From assembly GCA_965238125.1 (NCBI GenBank), contig OZ250179.1, positions 5,237,271 through 5,301,270 on the forward strand: a stretch of 64,000 nucleotides of DNA, in the 5' to 3' direction. Source of the stretch: Bryobacterales bacterium. Its GTDB lineage: Bacteria > Acidobacteriota > Terriglobia > Bryobacterales > UBA6623. Below the pieces are notes generated by a model. It did no database searches. It saw only the letters and a list, made by a program, of their open reading frames with translations, and was not told the DNA's origin. The position numbers and the translations under genes are program-made. Positions 38,859-48,169 of this stretch are shown piece by piece (the stretch's first letter is position 1; each line of letters opens with the position of its first letter).

Positions 38859-41345
38859 ATGCGGTCTCGGGCGATCGACAAGCCTGCGGTATGGCTGCTC
38901 GCGGCTTTGGCCGCCCTGCTTCCCCACGCATCGCTGGCGGATGTCGAACGCCTGCGTCTCGAGCCCCTCCCGATTTTTCTCGAAGGCCCCGGATCAACCC
39001 AGCATTTCATCGTGACCGGCATCACTTCGTCCGGCCACGAGGCGGACGTAACGGCTTCCTGCGAAGTCTCACCGCACAATGAATCGATCGTCTCGGCCGA
39101 GGGCGGTAAGGTTGTGGGACGCACCGAAGGAACCACAACAATCACCCTCGACTGCGGCGAAGCGTCAACCACGGCCGAAATCCGCGTCGGCGCGGGAGCG
39201 ACGCGAATGGACGTCGATTTCACCCGCGACGTTCTCTCGGTCCTCACAACAAAGGGTTGCAACGGCTCGTCATGCCACGGATCGCCGGCGGGCCAAAACG
39301 GCTTCAAGCTGTCTCTCTATGGAGCCGATCCGAAGGCCGATCACGAAAGGATCGTCGAGCGCGACCAAGGCCGGCGCGTCAATCTCACACAGCCCGCCGA
39401 ATCTCTGCTGCTCGCCAAACCATCGTTCCAAATCGCCCATGGCGGCGGGCATCTCATGACTGCCGAATCGGACGAGTACCAGACGCTGCTCAGATGGCTC
39501 GATCAAGGCGCTCGATTCAGCTCCGGGGGAACCCGTCTCGAATCGCTCGACCTCTACCCCCGAGAGCGCATTCTCACCGGAGCCGGATCGACACAGTCCG
39601 TCACGGTCATTGGTCGGCTTTCCGACGGCACAACCCGTGACCTCACCGACGAAGTTCGCTTCGCCGTGACCGACGAAGCGGTGATCTCATCGGTCGAACA
39701 AGGCCGAGTGACAGCCAAAGGCCGAGGCCTCACGACACTGACGGCCCGCGCGTTCGGGAAGGTTTCAACGTCGCAGTGGATCGTGATCGAAAAGCGCCAA
39801 CCGGAACACGCATCCACTCCCGAGCCCAACAACTTTCCCACTAACTTTATTGACGAGCACGTTTTCGCAAAGCTCCGGCAAGCCGCGATCGAGCCCTTTC
39901 CTTTGTCAACCGATTGGCTTTTCGTCCGCCGCGTTTACCTTGACGCCATAGGGGTTCTCCCCACGCCGCGGGAGGTCGAAACCCTCCTCGCCGACAGGCG
40001 CGACGACAAACGATCCCGCCTGATCGACGCCCTCCTCGATCGTCCTGAATACGTCGATCACTGGATGGTCAAACTCGAGGATTGGTTCCGCAACTCGCAG
40101 TACTATTCACAGGGCCGAACCAACGGCGCCTTCAAGCGCTACCTGCGAGAATTCGTCCGCCGCGATCTGCCCTATGACGAAGCCGTGCGTGAAATGTTGA
40201 CCGCCGTCGGCGACACGACCGTGCGCCCGGCGGGGAACTTCTGGCATCCGGCGATGGATTTCATGCTCAAAACGTTTGAGATCAACAAAGCCGTCCCAAC
40301 GATCACACGCCTGTTCCTGGGTAAGCACCTCGAGTGCGCCGAATGCCACAACCACCCGCTCGAGAATCTCACGCAGGACGACTTCTACGGCGTGGCGGCA
40401 TTCCTTGCCCGCACTCGGGTCAAGCACGGCTACGGGCAATATCGGCGCACTTGGTACAACACGCGCGAAGGCGAAGTTGTGCACCCGGTCACGAAGCAGC
40501 CGGTCGCGCCGAAGTTCTTGGAAGGGGGAACCCCCGCGATTGCCGACGGCGTCGATCGCCGCCGTGTTCTCGCCGATTGGATCACCCGCGATCAAAAGTT
40601 GCAGTTCGGGCGGGCGACGGTCAATCGCGTTTGGGCGGAATATTTCGGCGTGGGGATCGTCGACCCCTTCGATGATTTTCGATCGACCAACGCGCCGACG
40701 CATCCGGAGCTTCTTGATCGCTTAGCCGAGCATTTCATCGACAGCGGATTCCGCTTCAAAGCCCTGCATCGCTTGCTGCTCAACTCGAAAACGTATCAGT
40801 TGAGTTCTCACACCCCCGACCGCCCGGGCGGCGAAGACCCGCTCGAAGACCGCTTGTTCGCTCGCTATACGCCGCGGCAACTACCGGCGGAAGTACTGCT
40901 CGATGCGATTGTTCAAGTGACTCAGGTCCCGCAAACATTTCGCAACTACCCGGTGGGCATCTCCTCGAAGAATCTCGTTGCGAGCATCGGGGCGCCCTAT
41001 TTCCTGACGACCTTCGGTTTTCCGCGCCGAGACACGATGGAACCCCGCGCCGGAGCGCCGTCGTTGAGTCAAGCGCTGCATCTGATGAACGGCGACCGCA
41101 TTCGCGACAAGGTCGAAATGCCAAGCAATGTTCTTAGCAAGCTTTTCGAGCAAGCGTTGGATGATGGCCAAATCCTCGAAACGCTTTACTTGCGTGCCTA
41201 TGCGCGTCGTCCCACAGCCCCCCAAAGCGAGAGAATCGAGCGCTATCTGGCTTCCGAAAAAGCGGCCGGCCGCGAGCGGCGGCGGGCCTGGGAACATGTG
41301 CTGTGGGCACTCCTTAACTCGAAAGAATTTCAACTGAATCAGTAA
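38859..41345 (+). CDS. Big_2 (Ig-like) + DUF1549 + DUF1553 protein
   Basis: 828 aa with a signal peptide and two Ig-like segments. FIDEHVFAKLRQAAIEP...RRVYLDAIGVLPTPREVETLL...DRPEYVDHWMVKLEDWF (DUF1549), CAECHNHPLE, DUF1553-like C-terminus. Confidence 0.9.
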   Translation: MRSRAIDKPAVWLLAALAALLPHASLADVERLRLEPLPIFLEGPGSTQHFIVTGITSSGHEADVTASCEVSPHNESIVSAEGGKVVGRTEGTTTITLDCGEASTTAEIRVGAGATRMDVDFTRDVLSVLTTKGCNGSSCHGSPAGQNGFKLSLYGADPKADHERIVERDQGRRVNLTQPAESLLLAKPSFQIAHGGGHLMTAESDEYQTLLRWLDQGARFSSGGTRLESLDLYPRERILTGAGSTQSVTVIGRLSDGTTRDLTDEVRFAVTDEAVISSVEQGRVTAKGRGLTTLTARAFGKVSTSQWIVIEKRQPEHASTPEPNNFPTNFIDEHVFAKLRQAAIEPFPLSTDWLFVRRVYLDAIGVLPTPREVETLLADRRDDKRSRLIDALLDRPEYVDHWMVKLEDWFRNSQYYSQGRTNGAFKRYLREFVRRDLPYDEAVREMLTAVGDTTVRPAGNFWHPAMDFMLKTFEINKAVPTITRLFLGKHLECAECHNHPLENLTQDDFYGVAAFLARTRVKHGYGQYRRTWYNTREGEVVHPVTKQPVAPKFLEGGTPAIADGVDRRRVLADWITRDQKLQFGRATVNRVWAEYFGVGIVDPFDDFRSTNAPTHPELLDRLAEHFIDSGFRFKALHRLLLNSKTYQLSSHTPDRPGGEDPLEDRLFARYTPRQLPAEVLLDAIVQVTQVPQTFRNYPVGISSKNLVASIGAPYFLTTFGFPRRDTMEPRAGAPSLSQALHLMNGDRIRDKVEMPSNVLSKLFEQALDDGQILETLYLRAYARRPTAPQSERIERYLASEKAAGRERRRAWEHVLWALLNSKEFQLNQ

Positions 41346-41369
41346 GCCAAAGCGCTACACTGAAGACCG

Positions 41370-42647
41370 ATGCGACTGGACGCCATTCCCTGCGCCGACG
41401 GGCTCAGCCGCCGCGACTTTCTGCGGTTGGGCGGGGCGGTCTTCGGCGGCATCAGCCTGCCGCGCATCCTCGAGGCCTCCCAGGGAAAGAGCGACGTCTC
41501 CTGCCTGATCTTCTTTCAAAACGGCGGGGCCTGCCAGCACGACTCTTTTGATCCCAAGCCCGACGCCCCACGCGAGATTCGCGGCGGCTTCAGGACGATT
41601 CCCACCGCGATTCCGGGCGTGCATTTCAGCGAACTGCTGCCCCGCTCCGCCAAGGCGGCCGACAAGTTCACCGTGATCCGCTCGCTTTATTCCAAAGAGG
41701 CGATTCACGAGAAGGCCAAGCAGTTTATCTATTCGGGAGCCAGGCCGAACAACGCTTTCAAGCATCCGGTTTACGGTTCGGTGGTCGCGAAAGAGTTCGG
41801 CTCGAAGAACGGCTTGCCGCCCTTTGTCGTCATCCCGCGAAAGGACATTGCGGCCGAAGCCGGTTTTCTAGGCCCGGCCTACGATCCTTTCATCACGGGC
41901 GACCCGGCGAAGAAGAATTTCTCGGTCCAAGATTTAAGCGTCCGCACCGGGCTGAGTCTCGAAGAAGCCGCCGGCCGAGCCAAGTTGCTTGCGGCCATTG
42001 ACGAAGACATCCGAGCCGTCGAAAAATCGCAGCTCGTCGAGGGCATGGACCACTTCTATCAGAAGGCTTTCGATCTCGTCTCATCGCCGGCGGCAGAAAA
42101 GGCCTTCGACCTCGGCGCGGAACCCGACGAACTACGCGACGCCTACGGACGCACCACCGCGGGCCAGGGGGCTCTGCTGGCGCGGCGGCTGATTGAATCG
42201 GGCGTTCGTCTGGTGACGGTTTTCCATGGCGGCTACGACACCCACAGCAACAACGACGCGACCAACGAGCGCTTGTACCCGGAGTTTGATCAGGCGTTTA
42301 CAACCCTGCTCGAGGATATGGAACAGCGCGGCCTGCTCGACAGCACGCTCGTGCTCGCGCTGGGCGAATTCGGACGCACGCCGAAGATCAATTTCTCCGC
42401 CGGCCGGGATCATTGGCCGGGAGTGTTTTCGATCGCGGCCGCCGGCGTCGGCATCCCCGGGGGACAAGTCATCGGCTCGAGCGATGCTCGCGGCGCGGAA
42501 CCGAAGGATCGCCCCGTCTCGATCGGCGAATTGGGCGCGACGATCTACAAGAAGCTGGGAATCGACTACAAGAAGGACTATCACACCAACGGCCGTCCGG
42601 TTCAGATCATCCCGGAAGGAGAGCCGATCCCCGAGTTGTTCGGTTGA
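41370..42647 (+). CDS. DUF1501 domain protein
   Basis: 425 aa. SRRDFLRLGGAVFGG, FQNGGACQHDSFDPKP, LGEFGRTP, GRDHWP. Starts 24 nt after the upstream stop. Confidence 0.9.
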   Translation: MRLDAIPCADGLSRRDFLRLGGAVFGGISLPRILEASQGKSDVSCLIFFQNGGACQHDSFDPKPDAPREIRGGFRTIPTAIPGVHFSELLPRSAKAADKFTVIRSLYSKEAIHEKAKQFIYSGARPNNAFKHPVYGSVVAKEFGSKNGLPPFVVIPRKDIAAEAGFLGPAYDPFITGDPAKKNFSVQDLSVRTGLSLEEAAGRAKLLAAIDEDIRAVEKSQLVEGMDHFYQKAFDLVSSPAAEKAFDLGAEPDELRDAYGRTTAGQGALLARRLIESGVRLVTVFHGGYDTHSNNDATNERLYPEFDQAFTTLLEDMEQRGLLDSTLVLALGEFGRTPKINFSAGRDHWPGVFSIAAAGVGIPGGQVIGSSDARGAEPKDRPVSIGELGATIYKKLGIDYKKDYHTNGRPVQIIPEGEPIPELFG

Positions 42648-43183
42648 AACGCTGTGAAAAATGGGGGCTGTACCGAGCGCGCGGCCGCATAAGTTCCACA
42701 CCTTGAGCCGCGAAGCGGCGGCAGGAATATAGCCTGGGGTGGAGCCGAAGCCGAAACCCCAGGTACGGAACAAGACGAAGTGTGAGCCCTGAAAATGTTG
42801 CCATAGGGCACACCGGTCGGATATTCAGGGCATCGGGAAGCCTTGGGGCTCCGCCCCAGACCCCGAGGTTTATCGCTTTCCGGCCGGGATGTCTCATCGC
42901 CTCGGTCCCCGCCCCCGGCAGGGGGCGCGGATAGTAGCCCCGGGCTTCAGCCCGGGGTCCGCGCAACACATCAGGAGAAGCCCCGGACGGGGCGTAGGAA
43001 CAATCGTTCGATGCAACGCCGACCAATAGGCAACTTCCGCCCTGCCCGCCCGCTGACGGTTGACTACTTCGACGCTCCTTGGCTTACCTCCTGCGTCGAA
43101 CGCCACATTCCAAAACCGGCGGTGTGCCATATGGCAAGAAGGTAAAGGCGACAGGCAGGCAGTCCGTCAAGGCCACAATCGTC

Positions 43184-45403
43184 ATGGCACTTCCGTTTCG
43201 AACACTACTTCTCTCCGCCGCGGTTCTCCTGCCGCTCGCGGTCGCCACCGCGTCCGACCTTCCCTCCCCGTGGGTCGAGCGCGTCGCCCCCCTCGGCGGC
43301 TTGCGCGGTTCGACGATCGAAGTCGAGTTGACAGGCCGTTATCTCTCAAACGCGGTCTCGGTCGAGTTCGACTGCGACGATATCGAGTGGCTCGAAACCT
43401 TCGAAACCCACTCGGGAAGGGTGCGCGGTCGCCTGCGGGTCGCCGATGACGCGGCGCTCGGACCGCACATTGTTTCCGTCATCACCGAAGACGGCCGCTC
43501 CAACGCCCGCCTCTTCAACGTCACGCAATTCCTTTCCACGGCAGAGGTCGAGCCCAACAACCTGCTGCGCAATGCCCAACCGCTCACGCTCGGCCCCCAA
43601 ATCGTTCACGGCATCCTCCCCAAAGGCCCCGACATCGACACCTACGTCTTCGAGGCCCAAGCCGGCGAGCGTTGGAATTTCGATTTGCGGTCGATCGAAT
43701 ACGGTTCGCATCTCGAATGCGAAATGGCGCTGTTGGACGTCGACGGACGAGAAGTCGCTTTCAACGACGATCGCGACGACTACGTGGAAACTCCCTATCT
43801 CGACCACACTTTCAAGCAAGCCGGCAAGTATTACCTCAGGCTCGATCAATACCGCGGGCCGCAGGGCGTCAATTGCGCCCAAAACTGCGGCTACATGTTG
43901 CGCATCACCAAGCTGCCGTTGATCCTGGGGGCCTCGCCCTTGGGCGGGCCGGTCGGCGCGGAGGCGCGGGTTACGATTCACGGCAAGAGGTTGGAATCGG
44001 TCGAGAAAGTCTATTTGACCGAAGTTCGCGGCGCGGAATATTATCGGCTCACTTTCCCGTTTTCGATTCCCCTGCGGGCCGACGACGACCCTCGTCGAGG
44101 CCCGCTCGTGCCTCGTATCGAAGGTACGCTCATCACCGCCTCGGCCACCCGCCTGGAAGCGACCTTCCCGATTCCCACCGATGCCCGTCCGGGGCTGTGG
44201 CGGATGTGGGTCGAGAGCCCCGACGGCGTTAGCGACGGCCTGAGCTTGGAACTCACAGACGAGCCGGAATTCTCCGAAGCGGAATTCCGGTCGCGGAAGA
44301 CCCAGCGACCGATCGAAGCCGACAACGGCCCGCTCACAATCAACGGTCTTCTCGAAAACGACCAAGAGCAGGACAGCTATCTCATCCGAGCCAGGGCGGG
44401 CGTCCCTTTGCGTTTCCGAACCCTGGCCGTGCAACTCGGCCTGCCCTACATCGATACCGTCCTCGAGCTGTTTGACTCGAAAGGTAAACTTCTCGCCGAG
44501 CACGACGACATGATGACCGGCCAAGGAACCGTCATCGGCAATCCCGACAGCAGTCTGGTCTACACTCCGCAAAAGGACGAGACGCTGCGTCTGGTCGTGC
44601 GCGACCGCATCGACCGCGGCGGGCCGACCTATGCCTACCGCTTGAAGATCGACAATCAGAAGCCGGGATTTCGGTTGTTGCTCGACCCCGACAACATCAA
44701 CGCGGCGCGAGGGGAGAAGGCAAAGTGGACGGTGCTGATGATTCGTGATCCCGGCTTTGACCTAGCCGTGGATGTCGAGGTCGTCGGGCTTCCCGACGGT
44801 CTGGAAGCGCCCACCGGAAAATTCCGCGCCGATCAGTTCTTCGGTCCCTCGGGCGACGGCGACAACGTGATCATCCCGGAACTGCTCCTCGAAGCGGACG
44901 TACCCCCGGATCTGCCGCTCGGCGATCACCCATTGCGGATCATCGGTCGCACGGCGGACGCCGCGGAACCAACGACCATCGTCGAGGCGTTCAGTACGCT
45001 GTGGATCGGAGCCCCCCGCAAACGAAACGACATCCGCCGCCCGCTACCGCGATCGACTCTTACCGTGGTCGAGCCGTTCGCCCCGCGGCTGAGGGCCGAC
45101 CCCGCCTTGCTCTCGCGCTTTGGTCGTATAAGCCTGCACGGCGGCGGCACCGCCCGGCTGGAACTAGCCGCTGAAAACCTTCCCGCCGACGCCCGAATCC
45201 GGTTGTTCGGCGCGCCGCCCGGTCTGACATTTGACGTAGTCGAACGTAACGCCGACTCCCTTACACTGGAACTTCGCGCCGACGAAGAGTCGGCTCCGGT
45301 AGAAGGCCGTATCAGCGTCGAGGCCGAAGCCGGTGACCGCCGCGCCATGACCGCGCCCATCCGCGTTACCGTGACCGAAAATCCCAACGTGGGTTCGCGC
45401 TAG
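43184..45403 (+). CDS. Secreted protein with pre-peptidase C-terminal (PPC)-type domains
   Basis: ORF 43079-45403; ATG 43184 gives the signal MALPFRTLLLSAAVLLPLAVATA. AEVEPNNLLRNAQPL...GPDIDTYVFEAQAGERW...FNDDRDD is typical of PPC. A second similar unit lies near 44330-44560. Confidence 0.7.
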   Translation: MALPFRTLLLSAAVLLPLAVATASDLPSPWVERVAPLGGLRGSTIEVELTGRYLSNAVSVEFDCDDIEWLETFETHSGRVRGRLRVADDAALGPHIVSVITEDGRSNARLFNVTQFLSTAEVEPNNLLRNAQPLTLGPQIVHGILPKGPDIDTYVFEAQAGERWNFDLRSIEYGSHLECEMALLDVDGREVAFNDDRDDYVETPYLDHTFKQAGKYYLRLDQYRGPQGVNCAQNCGYMLRITKLPLILGASPLGGPVGAEARVTIHGKRLESVEKVYLTEVRGAEYYRLTFPFSIPLRADDDPRRGPLVPRIEGTLITASATRLEATFPIPTDARPGLWRMWVESPDGVSDGLSLELTDEPEFSEAEFRSRKTQRPIEADNGPLTINGLLENDQEQDSYLIRARAGVPLRFRTLAVQLGLPYIDTVLELFDSKGKLLAEHDDMMTGQGTVIGNPDSSLVYTPQKDETLRLVVRDRIDRGGPTYAYRLKIDNQKPGFRLLLDPDNINAARGEKAKWTVLMIRDPGFDLAVDVEVVGLPDGLEAPTGKFRADQFFGPSGDGDNVIIPELLLEADVPPDLPLGDHPLRIIGRTADAAEPTTIVEAFSTLWIGAPRKRNDIRRPLPRSTLTVVEPFAPRLRADPALLSRFGRISLHGGGTARLELAAENLPADARIRLFGAPPGLTFDVVERNADSLTLELRADEESAPVEGRISVEAEAGDRRAMTAPIRVTVTENPNVGSR

Positions 45404-45639
45404 GCGCGAAAAATAGACCCGGAAGCCCCGTTGGCCTGTTATCCATCGGGGTGGATCTGTAGGGAGGTTTGGGCGGTGGCGGTGTAGGATCGGATCACCC
45501 GGCTCCAGTGACCGACTGCCGGCCACCCAATCCCTCTCACGCAAGCGTGCGCTGAACGCCCACGGTTCAGTGTCTTCTTCATGTCGTTTATGGGTTCGAC
45601 AAGGTTGTATTAAAAACTGAAACAGTTTAGGATAGAGAC

Positions 45640-45819
45640 ATGACTCGAATCGACATCCAAAACTTCACTTCCTGGCTCGGCAAACGCTCCTACAAAGCCC
45701 GCGTAAAGCGTTTCGGCATCGAGCGCATACGGGAGATTGCCCGCGAGAACGGCAAGAAGGGCGGGCGTCCGAAGGGAAGCGGCAAGCGACAGAAAGTCCG
45801 CGAGAAGGGAGGGATTTGA
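45640..45819 (+). CDS. Hypothetical 59-aa basic protein upstream of an integrase fragment
   Basis: Below the ORF-track cut-off: MTRIDIQNFTSWLGKRSYKARVKRFGIERIREIARENGKKGGRPKGSGKRQKVREKGGI. Its stop lies 1 nt before the integrase ATG (TGAGATG). Confidence 0.35.
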   Translation: MTRIDIQNFTSWLGKRSYKARVKRFGIERIREIARENGKKGGRPKGSGKRQKVREKGGI

Positions 45820-45820
45820 G

Positions 45821-46335
45821 ATGGCTTTGTGGAAACGAGACAAGACCTGGTGGGCCGATCTGACGGTGGGCGGCAACCGCTATCGGCAATCGCTCAAGAC
45901 GACAGACCGGCGCGAGGCACGTTCTCTCGAAAAAGAACTGGTCGCCAAGATCCAGGAAGGCAAAGTCGGCTCGGCTGCTGGTAGGAGCTACGCCCGGCTG
46001 CCCTTCGACGAGGCGGCGGACCGATACCTGCGGCAACGGGAGAACAGGAACGCACCATCCAATTCGAGACGGAACGCCTGGTGCCGCTCAAGAAGTACTT
46101 CGAGGGCAAGCCATTGGGTCGCATCACCGCCGAGGACATCGCCGCTTATCAGCAGGCAAGGGCGGGCAGCGGGATCTCGGGGCGCACGATCAACATGGAG
46201 ATCGGTGTCTTGCAGCGCATGTTGAAGAAGGCCAAGCGGTGGGCGCTGCTGGCCGAGGACGTAACGCGGTATCCCGAAGCGACGCACATCGGCTGGGCGT
46301 TGACCCAAGAAGAGAAAATACGGCTGTTTATCACC
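45821..46335 (+). pseudogene. Tyrosine integrase, N-terminal part only, frameshifted and cut by an IS
   Basis: MALWKRDKTWWADLTVGGNRYRQSLKTTDRREA...; a frame change near 46030-46040 restores ...EQERTIQFETERLVPLKKYFEGKPLGRITAEDIAAYQ...TINMEIGVLQRMLKKA. No catalytic domain follows. Confidence 0.65.
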
Positions 46336-47563
46336 TGTGCCTCGCCAAAACTATGTAGCCGTTTAGATTGAGGAGCTTGAGCTCACGGGGCCTTGACAGC
46401 CGGGTCCTCCGTTCGCGCAATCTGGTAGCAGTGATTCCCTTCGTCTTCCGGCTCGTTCGACTACTCAACATGGCTCTGCCCAGCCGCCGGAGCCTCATCC
46501 TTGAGAATCTGGCGCTTCGCCAGCAACTGGCAGTCTACAAGCGAAACGCCAAACGACCTCACCTGCGCCAAACCGATCGCCTGTTCTGGGTCTGGTTGTC
46601 CCGCTGCTGGTCCGATTGGCGTTCGGTCGTTGACATCGTTCGACCCAAGACCGTCATCGGCTGGCATCGTCAAGGTTTCCGGTGCTACTGGCGTTGGAAG
46701 AGCTGGCAGCGCGGGCGAAAGCAGGGACGGCCGCGTGTAACGGGTGAGGTCCGCGCCCTGATTCGCACGATGAAACAGGCGAATCCGCTCTGGGGTGCGC
46801 CGCGCATCCACGGCGAGTTGCTCAAGCTGGGCTTCGAGATTTCCGAGCGCACGATCTCGCGTTTGCTTGCCAAGACCCGTCAGCCTCCGTCGCAAAGCTG
46901 GCGGGTCTTTCTCGCCAATCACGCCAGGGACTTGGTGGCGTTGGATTTCTTCACCGTCCCCACGATCAGTTTCCGTATCTTGTATGTATTCGTAGTCCTG
47001 GCCCACGAGCGTCGGCGTGTGGTGCATTTCAACGTGACCGCCAATCCCACGGCGTTCTGGACAGGCCAACAGATGATCGAGGCCTTTCCGGAGGACACAA
47101 CGCCACGTTATTTGCTGCGCGACCGCGATGGGATCTATGGCCACGAGTTTCGGAAGCGAGTCGAGGGTATGGGCGTCAAGGAGGTGCTGACGGCACCGCA
47201 AAGTCCGTGGCAGAATGCTTTCGCCGAGCGGCTGATCGGATCGATCCGACGGGAGTGTTTGGACCATGTCATTGTCTCAACCGGAAACATCTGAGACGGC
47301 TCTTGACGAGCTATTTCGGCTATTACCATCGATCGAGAACGCACTTGGGTTTGGACAAGGACGCGCCCATCGAGCGACGGGTGCAAGGTGCTGAAGTTGG
47401 CAAGGTGATGGAGTTTCCGGAAGTCGGCGGGCTGCACCATCGTTACGAGCGCCGCGCCGCCTAGCAGCGTCACCCACTCGAATGGCGGTTGGTCGATTGC
47501 GCAATTCGAGTGGGCAGTGGCAACGGCGACGGGTGCTCAAGTACGTGCAGGAATGCGGGCACA
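46336..47563 (+). mobile_element. rve-transposase IS (IS481-like); ends only approximate
   Basis: Candidate ends TGTGCCTCGCC... (46336) and ...GCGGGCACA (47563). No target duplication recognised. A hairpin CCCACTCGAAT...ATTCGAGTGGG follows the transposase stop. Confidence 0.5.
46470..47464 (+). pseudogene. rve (integrase-core) DDE transposase with a 1-nt frameshift near 47265-47275
   Basis: ENLALRQQLAVYKR..., WGAPRIHGELLKLGF, DFFTVPT, LRDRDGIYG, PQSPWQNAFAERLIGSIRRECLDHVIV|LNRKHLRRLLTSYFGYYHRSRTHLGL. Confidence 0.8.
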
Positions 47564-48072
47564 GCAAGTATTGTGATTGCCAGCCGGCCAGATTGCCGGG
47601 AACGCCCAGCAGGACGACACCCCAAAAGACCGGATCGTGTACGAGTCCGGTCTTCTTTTCTATCCGCCACGAAGTTTTGGCGAACCACAGGCGCGCCGCC
47701 GGGGCATGGGGTACGAAAATCATGGAAGAGTTGATCTCCCTGGTTGAGTACGACTGCATCGTCACAAGGCTCTCTCAACCCGTCAAGTTGCTCTTCCCCC
47801 CGGCGCTCGGCTGCGGCCGTTGAGGGTGCATCAAGTCTCCCGAAGACTCGCTGGCCACACCAGTCTCCGCTGGCCGGTGTTGACCGATGACCTCCGCGAA
47901 CCAGTGGGCTCCGCACGGTGCTCCAGGGCGGCGTTCTGGCGAAAAGCATGTCTCGAATCCAAGGGGACCTCCTGCTGCGAAAACAGTAGGTACAAATAAT
48001 CCGTAACTCCTTAGATCACAACGCTTCCCCTCATATTTGTAGTTAAATATATTGTTTACAATAGTTTATTCG

Positions 48073-48101
48073 TTGACATCGGGTGCCAGTCAGGGTACAA
48101 T
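48073..48101 (+). promoter_or_regulatory. Sigma70-like promoter candidate TTGACA-17 nt-TACAAT upstream of the P4-type integrase
   Basis: TTGACA 48073-48078 and TACAAT 48096-48101, in a locally AT-rich stretch. Two further TTGACAT copies at 48129-48135 and 48140-48146. Confidence 0.45.
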
Positions 48102-48169
48102 GAAAGCCAGACCGTACCCATACGCTCGTTGACATTGTGTTGACATGAAATGGTGCCGTCGCCTGCCCA

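Noticed and set aside
45404-45640. A possible tRNA or att site next to the integrase fragment, based on a GGTTCGA-like motif near 45590.
   Set aside because: No acceptor stem or cloverleaf could be drawn. The motif is probably coincidental.
47470-48040. ORFs 47470-47949 and 47277-47765 (minus strand) as genes between the rve IS and the P4-type integrase.
   Set aside because: They overlap each other in different frames and have Arg/Pro-rich composition with no motifs I recognise. The region is left unannotated rather than called.
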